From assembly GCF_006345805.1 (NCBI RefSeq), contig NW_021831895.1, positions 1-37,841 of the forward strand: a DNA stretch of 37,841 nt. Reading direction: 5' to 3'. This DNA comes from Octopus sinensis (Eukaryota). The translations under genes were made by a program, and so were the position numbers. Positions 23,846 through 34,240 of this stretch are shown in pieces. The notes beneath the pieces were generated by a model. It saw only the letters and a list, made by a program, of their open reading frames with translations, was not told where the DNA came from and did no database searches. The stretch's first letter is position 1. Each line of letters starts with the position of its first letter.

Positions 23846-24215
23846 CTACAAAAAACAGGGCACATTAGAGGATGAATTAGTACAGTTTTAATTACATCTT
23901 GACACTAAACAAAATACAAGTCAAAATTAAGAACATGTGAATATATTATATATTTATATATATATATACATATTATATATATATAATATACATATATATA
24001 TACATATATATATATATATACACATATATATATACATATCTATATATATACATATATATACATATATATATATATACATATATATACATATATATATATA
24101 CATATATATATACATATATATATATCATATATATATACATATATATATACATATATATTATACATATATATATATACATATATATACATATATATATATA
24201 TACATATATATATAC

Positions 24216-24246
<31 letters not shown>

Positions 24247-24248
24247 CT

Positions 24249-24299
<51 letters not shown>

Positions 24300-24393
24300 T
24301 TAGAGACAAAACCACTATTTTGCAAATCAAACAAAGAAAGACTTAATCAATACATAAAAAAATTTTAATATAAATTAAATAAAATTATATTCG

Positions 24394-24439
24394 CCACTAC
24401 AATTGTTTCATGTCTCTTCTCAGGACATTCATCAGGTGG
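24394..24439 (-). ncRNA. Minimal type I hammerhead ribozyme, canonical core, within a Penelope-like terminal remnant (~24294-24445)
   Basis: CCAC-CTGATGA-ATGTC-ctgagaaga-GACAT-GAAAC-AATT-GTA-GTGG: all stems pair; stem III is the palindrome ACAATTGT. Confidence 0.85.
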
Positions 24440-24863
24440 ATTTCAGATCTTCTATTCTAATGAAGACAAATTGTGTATGATGACAAAAAAGGCAGACCTC
24501 AATACTCAATATCATTGGAAATGTGGACTGTAGTTATTGAGTGATACAGTTTATAGAGACTCACATACAGGACTTCAAGTTTCTGTATCAACAATATACT
24601 GATCACTGCATTTCTTCTGCTGTTGCAAGTCTGCTGCTCTTGCAAACACAAAAAAAACGTTAAAAAATAAAGAAAAATTGCACCACTGGTGGGGATAAAA
24701 AGGATCTTCTGTGGGCATTAGATCATATGAAAGACATATCACTTTATGAGTTGATTTCCAGAACTTGGCAAAAACCCTATCATGTGTTGGTTGAAATAGT
24801 TGATGTAATAAACTGAAGGATATACGGAAAAACCACAATGGTAAATGTATATACATACATATA

Positions 24864-24907
<44 letters not shown>

Positions 24908-25133
24908 TCTATGTAGATATATATAAATATATATATATATATATCATACTATATCTATGTATATATATATAATATATATATATATATATAATATATATAT
25001 ATATATATACATATATCTATGTATATATATATATATTATATTATATACAATAATATACAAAATGTGACCGCGTGGTGTACCATTGGCGCTTTTTTCCTCT
25101 GTCTTCCCTTCTCTGGATCTTTCTTTCTCCTAT

Positions 25134-25168
25134 GTTTCTGACGAAGAGCTCCGCTCGAAACAGAAAAC
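25134..25168 (+). ncRNA. Degenerate minimal hammerhead in a Penelope-like remnant (~25045-25270)
   Basis: GTTT-CTGACGA-a-GAGC-tcc-GCTC-GAAAC-aga-AAAC; the cleavage triplet is not NUH in this copy. Confidence 0.6.
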
Positions 25169-25267
25169 CCTCCTTCTTCCCTTCCTTCCTGAGCGTCCAA
25201 TAATACTATATTTGTTCCACGTTCTCGCGTTGTTGTGTTTTCTCTTTGTGTTTTCATGTTTGGATTA

Positions 25268-25305
<38 letters not shown>

Positions 25306-25348
25306 CATATATATACTTTATTTAAAAGCAGCAGAAATGTAACAAAAG

Positions 25349-25386
25349 CTGTTACTCGGAGTTTCAGGTTCCCATTCGTCGGACAG
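25349..25386 (-). ncRNA. Hammerhead-like motif with CCGACGA core
   Basis: CTGT-CCGACGA-ATGGGAACCT-GAAAC-TCCGA-GTA-ACAG; a further 3' half copy follows at ~25390-25416. Confidence 0.6.
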
Positions 25387-25569
25387 TTTCTGTTACACGG
25401 AGTTTCACGTTCCCGTAATCGTTCTATCATTGTTACAGAAACTTCAAGTGCTGTATGTGAGTCTCCGTCACTGTATCATTCGATATTTATATGAATGTGT
25501 GTTTTTCATGTTCAGTTATGATAAAAACAATTTTATATTAATCTGATGGGTTGCATTATACTTTTGCAG

Positions 25570-25631
25570 AGTAGAAATTCATCATTCTCATACAGGTGTG
25601 TTAATAACAGTAACTGTGAAGGTTCAGCCAG
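25570..25631 (+). other. Candidate 62-nt plus-strand exon
   Basis: CTTTTGCAG|A...CAGCCAG|GTAAGC; open frame VEIHHSHTGVLITVTVKVQP; no partner exon established. Confidence 0.25.
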
Positions 25632-26569
25632 GTAAGCCATTCTCATTAGATAGACAGAATTTTTTACATTATAAAAACACATTTAATTTTACAAGAACAA
25701 ATCATAAAATAAACATATTATCAATACAATAAATGATAGAAATGAACACACACATACACACACACATATATATACAACTAGACATGTATCTAGATGTGTA
25801 TATATATATGCGTCTGTGATGAGATTTGTATGTATAGTTTGGATATATAGGTGTGTGTGTGTGTGTGTGTGTGTGCACTTGTTCATTTCACTTTTGGACA
25901 AGACTACAGAACTATAAACATTCAGTTATGTCAAGTGCCTCACACCACAAATGTGTACATACATAGCTGTGCTATATAGCTATATGTTTATATGGGGAAA
26001 CACACACACACACTTATATACTCATACATATACACAAACACTCAAACTCACTCATGCACACACACAAACAAATACATACATATACACACACAGTGCAAAA
26101 AAAGTACTGAATACAAAATTCTCTAAGATGTGAAGTAATGTATTTAATGAAATAGCAATTAGGAATTGGATGTCTATCTTTTAATAAATGATTTAATTAG
26201 AAGCATCAAGGGGCAGGGTCTGTGATAATAGCAAAGCCTCTGAGACAGGCAGAAGGGACGGGGAAATCTGGAAGAAGCGTGGGTTGCTTCTGTAGGAAGC
26301 AGCACATCAAAGTATTTATGTTCTCAATCCTGAGAGCAGGGTTCAGGTAGCGATATTTAAACCTGGCAACACATAAAGTGTGGAAGCTTTGCAAATGTGA
26401 TGTAGATGTGGAAGGGGGCAGGGATACTAAGTGCAAAGCTGGGTACAGGGATAGCCTTGTGGTGACCATTTGAACCTCAAGTGATTGACTTCAATTCGTA
26501 ATTCTAAACTCTAAATGTTGCATGTATTTGTGTACACCATATACAATCATATCTAGTCTCTTTGCTTCA

Positions 26570-26960
26570 GTTTTAATGGAGTAAACCAATAAAATCTTGA
26601 AATTATCAATCACCATGGGGCAGCTTTTGGCTCATATTCATATCACTTTTCATAACTTCAAACCAAGAAAATTGGCAAACATCCCAGAGCAATCTTTTCC
26701 CAAATAATGCCTACGTTTATATTGTTGCACTCACTAACAACCTGATTAATACTTTCGTTCCTTTTTCTACACATTCCCTATTTGCTGCTTGACTGATTCT
26801 TATCAATCTTTGTTTTCTTTACCATTTATCTAATGGCTTGTTCTTGAGCAGTTATAAGTAGTGATTTAATTTCTCCTTTCAGGATTATGCCTCTTGACTC
26901 CAACCAATGTTCTTTGCTTTAATCATGCTCAATTTGTTGCATTAATTAGTCAGATAGTTC
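26570..26960 (-). pseudogene. R4/Dong-type non-LTR retrotransposon fragment, post-RT and zinc-knuckle region
   Basis: HWLESRGIILKGEIKSLLITAQEQAIR* ... KTKIDKNQ ... MCRKRNESINQVVSEC, resembling WL....LK.ETE..I.AAQDQA...CRMC....ETI.HIVSEC. Confidence 0.68.
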
Positions 26961-26996
26961 TTTCACTTTCCACCTGTTTCTCACCTTGTTCTCCCT

Positions 26997-27297
26997 TCAT
27001 CATCATCATCATCATCGTTTAACGTCCGTTCTCCATGCTAGCATGGGTTGGACGGTTCGACCGGGAATCTGGGAAGCCAGAAGGCTGCACCAGGCTCCGG
27101 TCTTATCTGGCAATGTTTCTACAGCTGGATGCCCTTCCTAACGCCAACCACTCCGTGAATGTAGTGGGTGCTTTTTACGTGCCACCTGCACAGGTGCCAG
27201 GCGAGGCTGGCAACGGCCACGGTCGGATTGGTGTATTTTATGTGCCACCGGCACGGAAGCCAGCCGAGGCGGTGCTGGCATCGGCCATGAGTCGGAT
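26997..27297 (-). mobile_element. Copy of the 9290-9890 retroposon-like family (3' part)
   Basis: (CAT)n then CGTTTAACGTCCGTTCTCCATGCTAGCATGGGTT...CTGGATGCCCTTCCTAACGCCAAC. Confidence 0.85.
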
Positions 27298-27474
27298 AGT
27301 GCTTCTATTCCTTAAACCTCTCACCATTCCACACACTTCTTTGATATTTCTAGTTGCAGATAATAGTTTTTCACTACTTAGCACAACATATTGTGCTACT
27401 GAACATGCCACTGCCTCTTTTTTTGTAAACAGGGCCTGTTCCTATTAGTTTTACATGCAGGTATGGCTGTGAGG

Positions 27475-28126
27475 AAGGCGCCAAGCTGGCAAAGGTGGCG
27501 AGCTAGTTAAGGCGGTGAGCTGGTTAAGGCAGCGAGCTGGCAGAAACGTTAGCACACTGGACGGAATACTTAGCGGTATTTCGCCCGTCGCTGTGTTCTG
27601 AGTTCAAATTCCGCCGAAGTCGACTTTGCCTTTCATCCTTTCAGGGTCGATAAATTAAGTACCAGTTACGCATTTGGGTTGATGTAATCGACTTAATCCG
27701 TTTGTCTGTCCTTGTTTGTCCCCTCTGTGTTTAGCCCCTTGTGGGCAGTAAAGAAATAGGTATTTCACCCGTCGATGTGTTCTGAGTTCAAATTCCACCG
27801 AGGTCGACTTTGCCTTTCATCCGTTCGGGGTCGATAAATTAAGTGCCAGTTACGCATTTGGGTCAATGTAATCGACTTAATCCGTTTGTCTGTCCTTGTT
27901 TGTCCCCTCTGTGTTTAGCCCCTTGTGGGCAGTAAAGAAATAGGTATTTCGCCCGTCGATGTGTTCTGAGTTCAAATTCCGCCGAGGTTGACTTTGTCAT
28001 GCATCCTTTCGGGGTCGATAAATTAAGTACCAGTTATGCATGTGGGTCAATGTAATTGACTTAATCCGTTTGTCTGTCCTTCTTTGTCCTCTCTGTTTTT
28101 AGCCCCTTGTGGGCAGTAAAGAAATA
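27475..28126 (+). mobile_element. SINE trimer (184-bp period) flanked by a 15-bp TSD
   Basis: GGTAT at 27575, 27759, 27943, 28127; TSD GGTATGGCTGTGAGG at 27460-27474 and 28127-28141. Confidence 0.95.
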
Positions 28127-28295
28127 GGTATGGCTGTGAGGTTAAGAAAATTGTTTTGCAATCATGTGATTTCAGGTTCATTCTCATTCTGTGGCACCTT
28201 GGGCAAGTGTCTTCTATTATAGCGCCTTGCAAACCAATACCATTGTCCGCAAATTTGGTAGAAGGAGACTGAGTGGAAGCCCATAAGTATGTAGG
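28127..28295 (+). mobile_element. Old OR2-like SINE that hosts the trimer insertion
   Basis: Contains GGCACCTTGGGCAAGTGTCTTCTA; its first bases lie at ~27455-27474. Confidence 0.75.
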
Positions 28296-29116
28296 TGTGT
28301 GTGAAGAGCCATGACTTTGTGATTGTAAGATCATAGTTTCAAATTCCAGACTCTGTGGTACATATGAAAATATAGTTGTTTACGACTTAGAGGTTCAAAC
28401 GGTCCGATGAAGATAAGTGGGGCGGAGAACGTACCCATCACCTCTACAATAATAATAATGGCAACACTATTTAAAAAAAATAAAATCACAAACAAACAAC
28501 ACACAACAAAATAGAATAAAACACACAAATATGGTTGGAGCTTGGTACTACTAACTACTAGAAACTTACTACAAAGCTTGTGGTGAGTGTAGTCAACTGG
28601 TATTACTATTGTTATTATTATTTTTATACTAACCCATATTGACCAGCTGCAGTCTCATCCATATATGATTTGTTGTCGATGTTTTTAAAAAATATTTCTA
28701 TGTATATATAATATAAGTATTCACATACATCCACACATCCACACAAATATATATTATATATATATATATATATAATATATATATATATATGAACAGCTAA
28801 GATTACGATATATATATATAAATGATATAAGACATTATAAGCATGAACTTAAGATAGTAAAAAAAAAAAAGAAACAAAAAAAACAAAAACAAACAAAAAA
28901 CAAGCCAGGTCCTTCAACAAGGCTTGAACCACATCACCATTGCTTTTCGGAACGACCATGCTATTACTTATAATTAAGAGCATCTACTTATAATGCCTCA
29001 TATGTGTTATATATATTTTGTCTCTCTTTGCCTCTTTTTTAAAATTTTTATTCAATTATTTAAATCATCAGAAAAATTTCGGGCACTTTGTATATGCATA
29101 TATATATATATATATG

Positions 29117-29153
<37 letters not shown>

Positions 29154-29714
29154 GTATATATATATGTATATAGTTCCCTATTTTTCTATGACAGTCTTTT
29201 TATTTTTTATTTGTTTAAATATATATTTTCTTCTGCGTTTATTTTGTTCCATGCGACAACCATTCAGACATAAATGTGATTTGCGAGTGATCTGGATGCG
29301 AAGAAGAAGAAGAGGAAGAAGAAGAGGAAGAAAAAGAATAAGAAAATGATAAAAAGAAAAAGGATAAGAAAAAAGAAGAAAAAGAAAAACAGTCAGGAAA
29401 ATTTTTTATAAAAAACAAAAAACAAACAAACAAAAACCAAGAAAAACATGGTTAATCAATGGTTAAACAGTGGTGGTCATCATTAAACATTTCATCAGGA
29501 TATAACATTAAATAAATATATATACACAACAAAAGTGAGGAAAATGAGACAAATAAAGGAGAAACATAATCATCATCATCATCATTATTATTATTAATAT
29601 CATTGTTGTTGTTGCTATCATCATCATCATCATCATAATCATCAGGCCAACTATACTGCTAGAGGTGTGATGCAATCAAGGTTTCCAGCTGGACAAGAAC
29701 TTGGACAAGGATAT

Positions 29715-30140
29715 AAGGTGGCGAGTTGGCAGAAATGTTAGCACGCCGGGCGAAATGCTTAGCGGTATTTCGTCTGCCGTTACGTTCTGAGTTCAAATTC
29801 CACCGAGGTCGAATTTGCCTTTCATCCTTTCAGGGTCGATAAATTAAATACCAGTTTTGCACTGGGGTCGGTATAATCAACTTAATCCATTTGTCTGTCC
29901 TTGTTTTGTCCCCTCTGTGTGTAGCCCCTTGTGGGCAGTAAAGAAATAGGTATTTTCGCCTGTTGCTACGTTCTGAGTTCAAATTCCACCGAGGTCGACT
30001 TTGCCTTTCATCCTTTCAGGGTCGATAAATTAAGTACCAGTTTTGCACTGGGGTTGGTATAATCGACTTAATCCATATGTCTGCCCTTGTTTTGTCCCCT
30101 CTGTGTGTAGCCCCTTGTGGGCAGTAAAGAAATAAGAAAT
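29715..30140 (+). mobile_element. SINE dimer (185-bp period)
   Basis: One head; junction GAAATA|GGTATTTTCG at 29949; internal GGTAT at 29764. Confidence 0.92.
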
Positions 30141-30400
30141 AAGCAGGGTGAGCAACCTTAATTAGAAATGCACTGAGAAAAAGCCAACCTTGAAAGGTGA
30201 AGCAGAAGTGCCACCGCTGTCCCTTTCCCCAGCCCCTATTTGGTCAGGTGGCAGTATGTGTTCTTGCACTTGCTGTGCAAAGTATGCATTCCATTGGTCA
30301 GTTGGGCCACTGGTTACTAGTGCCCCCACGAAGGCAAACTCAGCAAACACACATGGAGGCTGCACCACTTTCAGATGTTTTCTGGATGGTATGGCCTCCC

Positions 30401-30459
30401 GTTTGTCTGTCCTTGTTTGTCCCCTCTGTGTTTATCCCCTTGTGGGTAGTAAAGAAATA
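30401..30459 (+). mobile_element. 59-bp 5'-truncated SINE with 13-bp TSD
   Basis: TSD GGTATGGCCTCCC at 30388-30400 and 30460-30472. Confidence 0.92.
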
Positions 30460-30824
30460 GGTATGGCCTCCCTTTGTGACACACATTTTTTTCTGCAGCT
30501 CTTCACATTGACAAAGCTGCACTCCTGGATCCCAAAATGTGTCAAGATTGTAAGTTTTAGCAATATATAGGGAACTAGGGGTGAGTATAGTAGGGTTTAG
30601 ATACTCTCGAGAAAATTACTGGTACCAATATGAACAAAGTAAATAGTTTGTTTGAGAGGACTTTCATGCTAGGCTGGTGGGGAGATCCCTACAGATAAAT
30701 TGCAGGAATCTCTGGCCTGGCAGTGCAACCAAGGAGCATGTCTGGGTCAAGAGGGTCAGTGTAGATATGAAAGGGCTACCAAGCAAGACTGTCAGAGATC
30801 TGTGCAGAGTAAAGAAACAGTCCT

Positions 30825-30859
<35 letters not shown>

Positions 30860-30860
<1 letters not shown>

Positions 30861-30985
30861 TTTTACTTGTTTCAGTCATTTGACTGCAGCCATGCTGGAG
30901 CACCGCCTTTAGTCGAGCAAATCGACCCCGGGACTTATTCTTTTGTAAGCCCAATACTTATTCTATCGGTCTCTTTTGCCGAACC
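30860..30985 (-). mobile_element. OR2-like SINE 3' part
   Basis: TTTTACTTGTTTCAGTCATTTGACTGC...GCCGAACC. Confidence 0.88.
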
Positions 30986-31110
30986 GGAGCTTCGTGGAGC
31001 TTTAGGTGTTTTCGCTTAATAAACACTCACAACGCCTGGTCTGGGAATCGAAACCGCGATCCTCCGACTGCGAGTCCGCTGCCCTAACCACTGGGCCATT
31101 GCGCCTCCAC
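30986..31110 (-). mobile_element. Head of the SINE family seen at 36086
   Basis: Reverse complement of GTGGAGGCGCAATGGCCCAGTGGTTAGGGCAGCGGAC... Confidence 0.85.
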
Positions 31111-31147
31111 ACACACATATATATATATATATATTTGCATTCTTTTA

Positions 31148-31528
31148 TTCTTTTACTTGTTTCAGTCATTTGGCTGTGGCCATGCTGGAGCACTGATTTT
31201 AGTTGAACAAATCGACTCCAGGACTTATTCCTTGTAAGCCTAGCACTTATTCTATCGGTCTCTTTTGCCAAACCATTAAGTTACAGGGACGTAAACACAC
31301 CAACATCGGTTGTCAAGCGATGCTGGGAGGAACAAACACAGACACACAAATACACACACACACACACACACATATATGTTGGGCTTCTTTCAGTTTCCGT
31401 CTAGCAAATCCACTACTAAGACCTTCATCAGCCCGTGACTAAAGCAGAAGACACTGGCTAAAGATAGCACGCAGTGGATCTGAACCTAGAACTATGTGAT
31501 AGAGAAGCAAGCTTCTTACCACACAGCC
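31148..31528 (-). mobile_element. OR2-like SINE, diverged full length
   Basis: Tail, core and head all recognisable. Confidence 0.85.
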
Positions 31529-31699
31529 GTATATTTTGCATATAAATAGATAGACACACCAGGCTTCCACACAGTTTCCATTTGCTAAATTCATTGAGAA
31601 TGGCATCTGTTGGCCCAGGGGCATTGTGGAAAACGTTTTGCCAAAAAGCCATGCTGAAGGATGAAAAGCAAGCTGCTTGACCTGACAGCATGTTTATGC

Positions 31700-31731
<32 letters not shown>

Positions 31732-32105
31732 TGTGTGTGTGTGTGTGTGAGTGTGTGTGTGTATGCGTGTGTGTATGTGTGTGTATGTGTGCATGTGTGT
31801 GTGTGTATGTATGTGTGTGTGTGTGTATGTGTGTGTGTATGTGTGTGTGTGTGTGTGTATGTGTGTGTGTATGCGTGTGTGTATGTGTGTATGTGTGTGT
31901 GTATGCGTATGTGTGTATGAGTGTGTATGTGTGTGTGTGTGTGTGTATGCGTGTGTGTGTATGAGTGTGTGTATGAGTATGTGTGTATGTGTGTATGTGT
32001 GTGTGCATGTTTATGCCTATGTATGTGTGTGTGTGTGTGTGTATGTGTGTATGCGTGTGTGTATGTGTGTATGTGTGTGTGCATGTTTATGCCTATGTAT
32101 GTGTG

Positions 32106-32137
<32 letters not shown>

Positions 32138-32410
32138 TGTGTATGTGTATGTGTGTGTGCATGTGTGTGTATGTATGTGTGTGTGTATGTGTGTATGCGT
32201 GTCTGTGTGTATGTGTGAGTGTATGAGTGTGTATGTATGTGTGTGTGTATGTGTGTGTATGTATGTGTGTGTATGAGTGTGTGTGTATGTGTGTGTATGC
32301 GTGTGTGTATGTGTGTGTGTATGAGTGTGTATGTATGTGTGTGTATGAGTGTGTGTGTATGTGTGTGTATGAGCGTGTGTGTGTGTATGTATTTGTGTAT
32401 GAGCATGTAT
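31700..32410. repeat. Long compound (TG)n/(TGTA) microsatellite
   Basis: Periodicity; motif GCATGTTTATGCCTATGT recurs at ~31688, 32005 and 32081. Confidence 0.97.
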
Positions 32411-32850
32411 GCTAGTGTACAGCTTCTCTGTTTCTACAAAGAATGGGTAGTGTTCTTGGCAGTTCTTCCCTCAACAGCTTATCCCTTAACTTTGGGCCTT
32501 TGAAGCAAAGTGGAATAAGAGATTGCAGGCTTGAAATTTTTTTTAAGAGAGAGAGAGAAAAAAAAATCCAGGTAAAAAGGAAGAGCATCCAGGTGTAAAA
32601 CTATGCCTCAATAGTATAGTCACCTAACCCATGCAGTTATGGAGAAAAATGGATGCAAAAGTCAAAACGAAGAACAAGAAGAAAACATACAGATACATAT
32701 ATAAGTATACACACATACAGACAGATAGCTAGATACACACACACACACACACGCACACACACACACACACACAAATACATACATATTCAGGTAGTTTCAG
32801 AAGTTCCTTTAAGATTTAAATTAAATGGCAAAGGAAAATACAAAGCACTT

Positions 32851-32906
<56 letters not shown>

Positions 32907-32931
32907 TATATATATATATGTATGTATATAT

Positions 32932-33094
32932 TTATTTAAAAGCAGCAGAAAATTCAACAACACCTGTTACTCCGAATTTCACGTTTCCGTTCGTCGGACA
33001 GTTTTTTTTCTATTCTAGCAAAAACTGTCCGACGAACAGAAACGTGAAACTCAGAGTAATAGGTTTTGTTGAATTTTCTGCTGCTTTTAAATAA
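32932..33094. repeat. Palindrome of two inverted Penelope-like termini, each with a CCGACGA hammerhead-like motif (32964-33001 minus, 33025-33062 plus)
   Basis: ~75-bp arms TTATTTAAAAGCAGCAGAAAATTCAAC... and ...GTTGAATTTTCTGCTGCTTTTAAATAA; same family as 25312-25420. Confidence 0.88.
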
Positions 33095-33171
33095 GTATAT
33101 TACTCTACCACTGGTATTTGAGTACCTTCTTTTTTCCACATGTTTCACATTTATGTGTTTACTCCGTATAT

Positions 33172-33205
<34 letters not shown>

Positions 33206-33229
33206 TATTATATATATATATATATATAC

Positions 33230-33482
33230 AATTAGAAAAAAACTACCTTTTATCAATAAATTACACCATCTAGAAATTACATATAATAGAAATATTAAAT
33301 TAAAATAATAAAATACCAATGATTAAGTAATTATATACGTTTTTATTATTATTTTTTTTTTGTATTTACTTAATCATTGGTATTTTATTGTTATTTTAAT
33401 TTTAATATTTCTATTATATGTAATTTTCTAGATGGTGTAATTTAATTGTTCATTTTGAATTGATAAAGGTGTTTTTTTTCTA

Positions 33483-33485
<3 letters not shown>
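33230..33485. repeat. AT-rich inverted repeat (arms 33230-33330 and 33366-33485)
   Basis: TTACACCATCTAGAAA / TTTCTAGATGGTGTAA and ATACCAATGATTAAGTAA / TTACTTAATCATTGGTAT. Confidence 0.88.
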
Positions 33486-33545
<60 letters not shown>

Positions 33546-33824
33546 TGTGTGAAATTGATTTAGTATTTCTAAATTGAATTTTTTCCTGTAAGTTGGATCA
33601 ATACTCCCTCAAATAATAATAATAATAATAATAATAATGATTATTATTATTATTATATATATACTATATATATATATAATAATTTCAATATGGAGCAAAT
33701 AATTCGGAGAAAATATTTGCAAAGATATCATTAATTCTATTATTATCTAGTGTAATAATTAAAAAAAATATAATAACAGAATCAATGATATAGGTGATTG
33801 CAAACCCAAAAACAACATTAATTA

Positions 33825-33986
33825 CCTGAAGAATTAAAATTAATCAGGGGAAATAATAGGTATGCCTACCTGCTGGAAGTAACAGTCAAAACTCTATTTA
33901 TTCAGCAATTTAAATAAGAGTTTTGACTGCTATTTCCAGCAGGTAGACATACTTAGTATGTCCTTTGATTAATTTTAATCTTCAGC
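33825..33986. mobile_element. 162-bp palindromic MITE-like element flanked by TA (Tc1/mariner-type inference)
   Basis: ~70-bp arms CTGAAG(A)ATTAAAATTAATCA...CTACCTGCTGGAA...CAGTCAAAACTCT and their complement; TA at 33823-33824 and 33987-33988. Confidence 0.7.
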
Positions 33987-33992
33987 TATTAT

Positions 33993-34058
<66 letters not shown>

Positions 34059-34208
34059 CACACACAATAATACAGTGATTGTTTCTTATCCATAGTTTTA
34101 TATATACACACATACATACATATATACTGACATATGCATAGACATACGCTCACACACAGATAGATATGTATATATACACATTACATATGCATACTGGTCA
34201 TCCATATG

Positions 34209-34240
<32 letters not shown>

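Noticed and set aside
16381-26960. The two R4/Dong fragments as one element split by 10 kb of insertions
   Set aside because: Both include the ILWD..I.TD region, so they overlap and are better read as independent old copies.
28365-28445. Upstream phase-1 partner exon for 23845 (VMGTFSAPLIFIGPFEPLS)
   Set aside because: The donor GTC|GTAAAC and the acceptor are weak; not supportable without transcripts.
30197-30400. Gag zinc-knuckle remnant (CHRC ... GQLGHW)
   Set aside because: CX2CX4HX4C spacing is not met and there is no supporting pol or LTR sequence.
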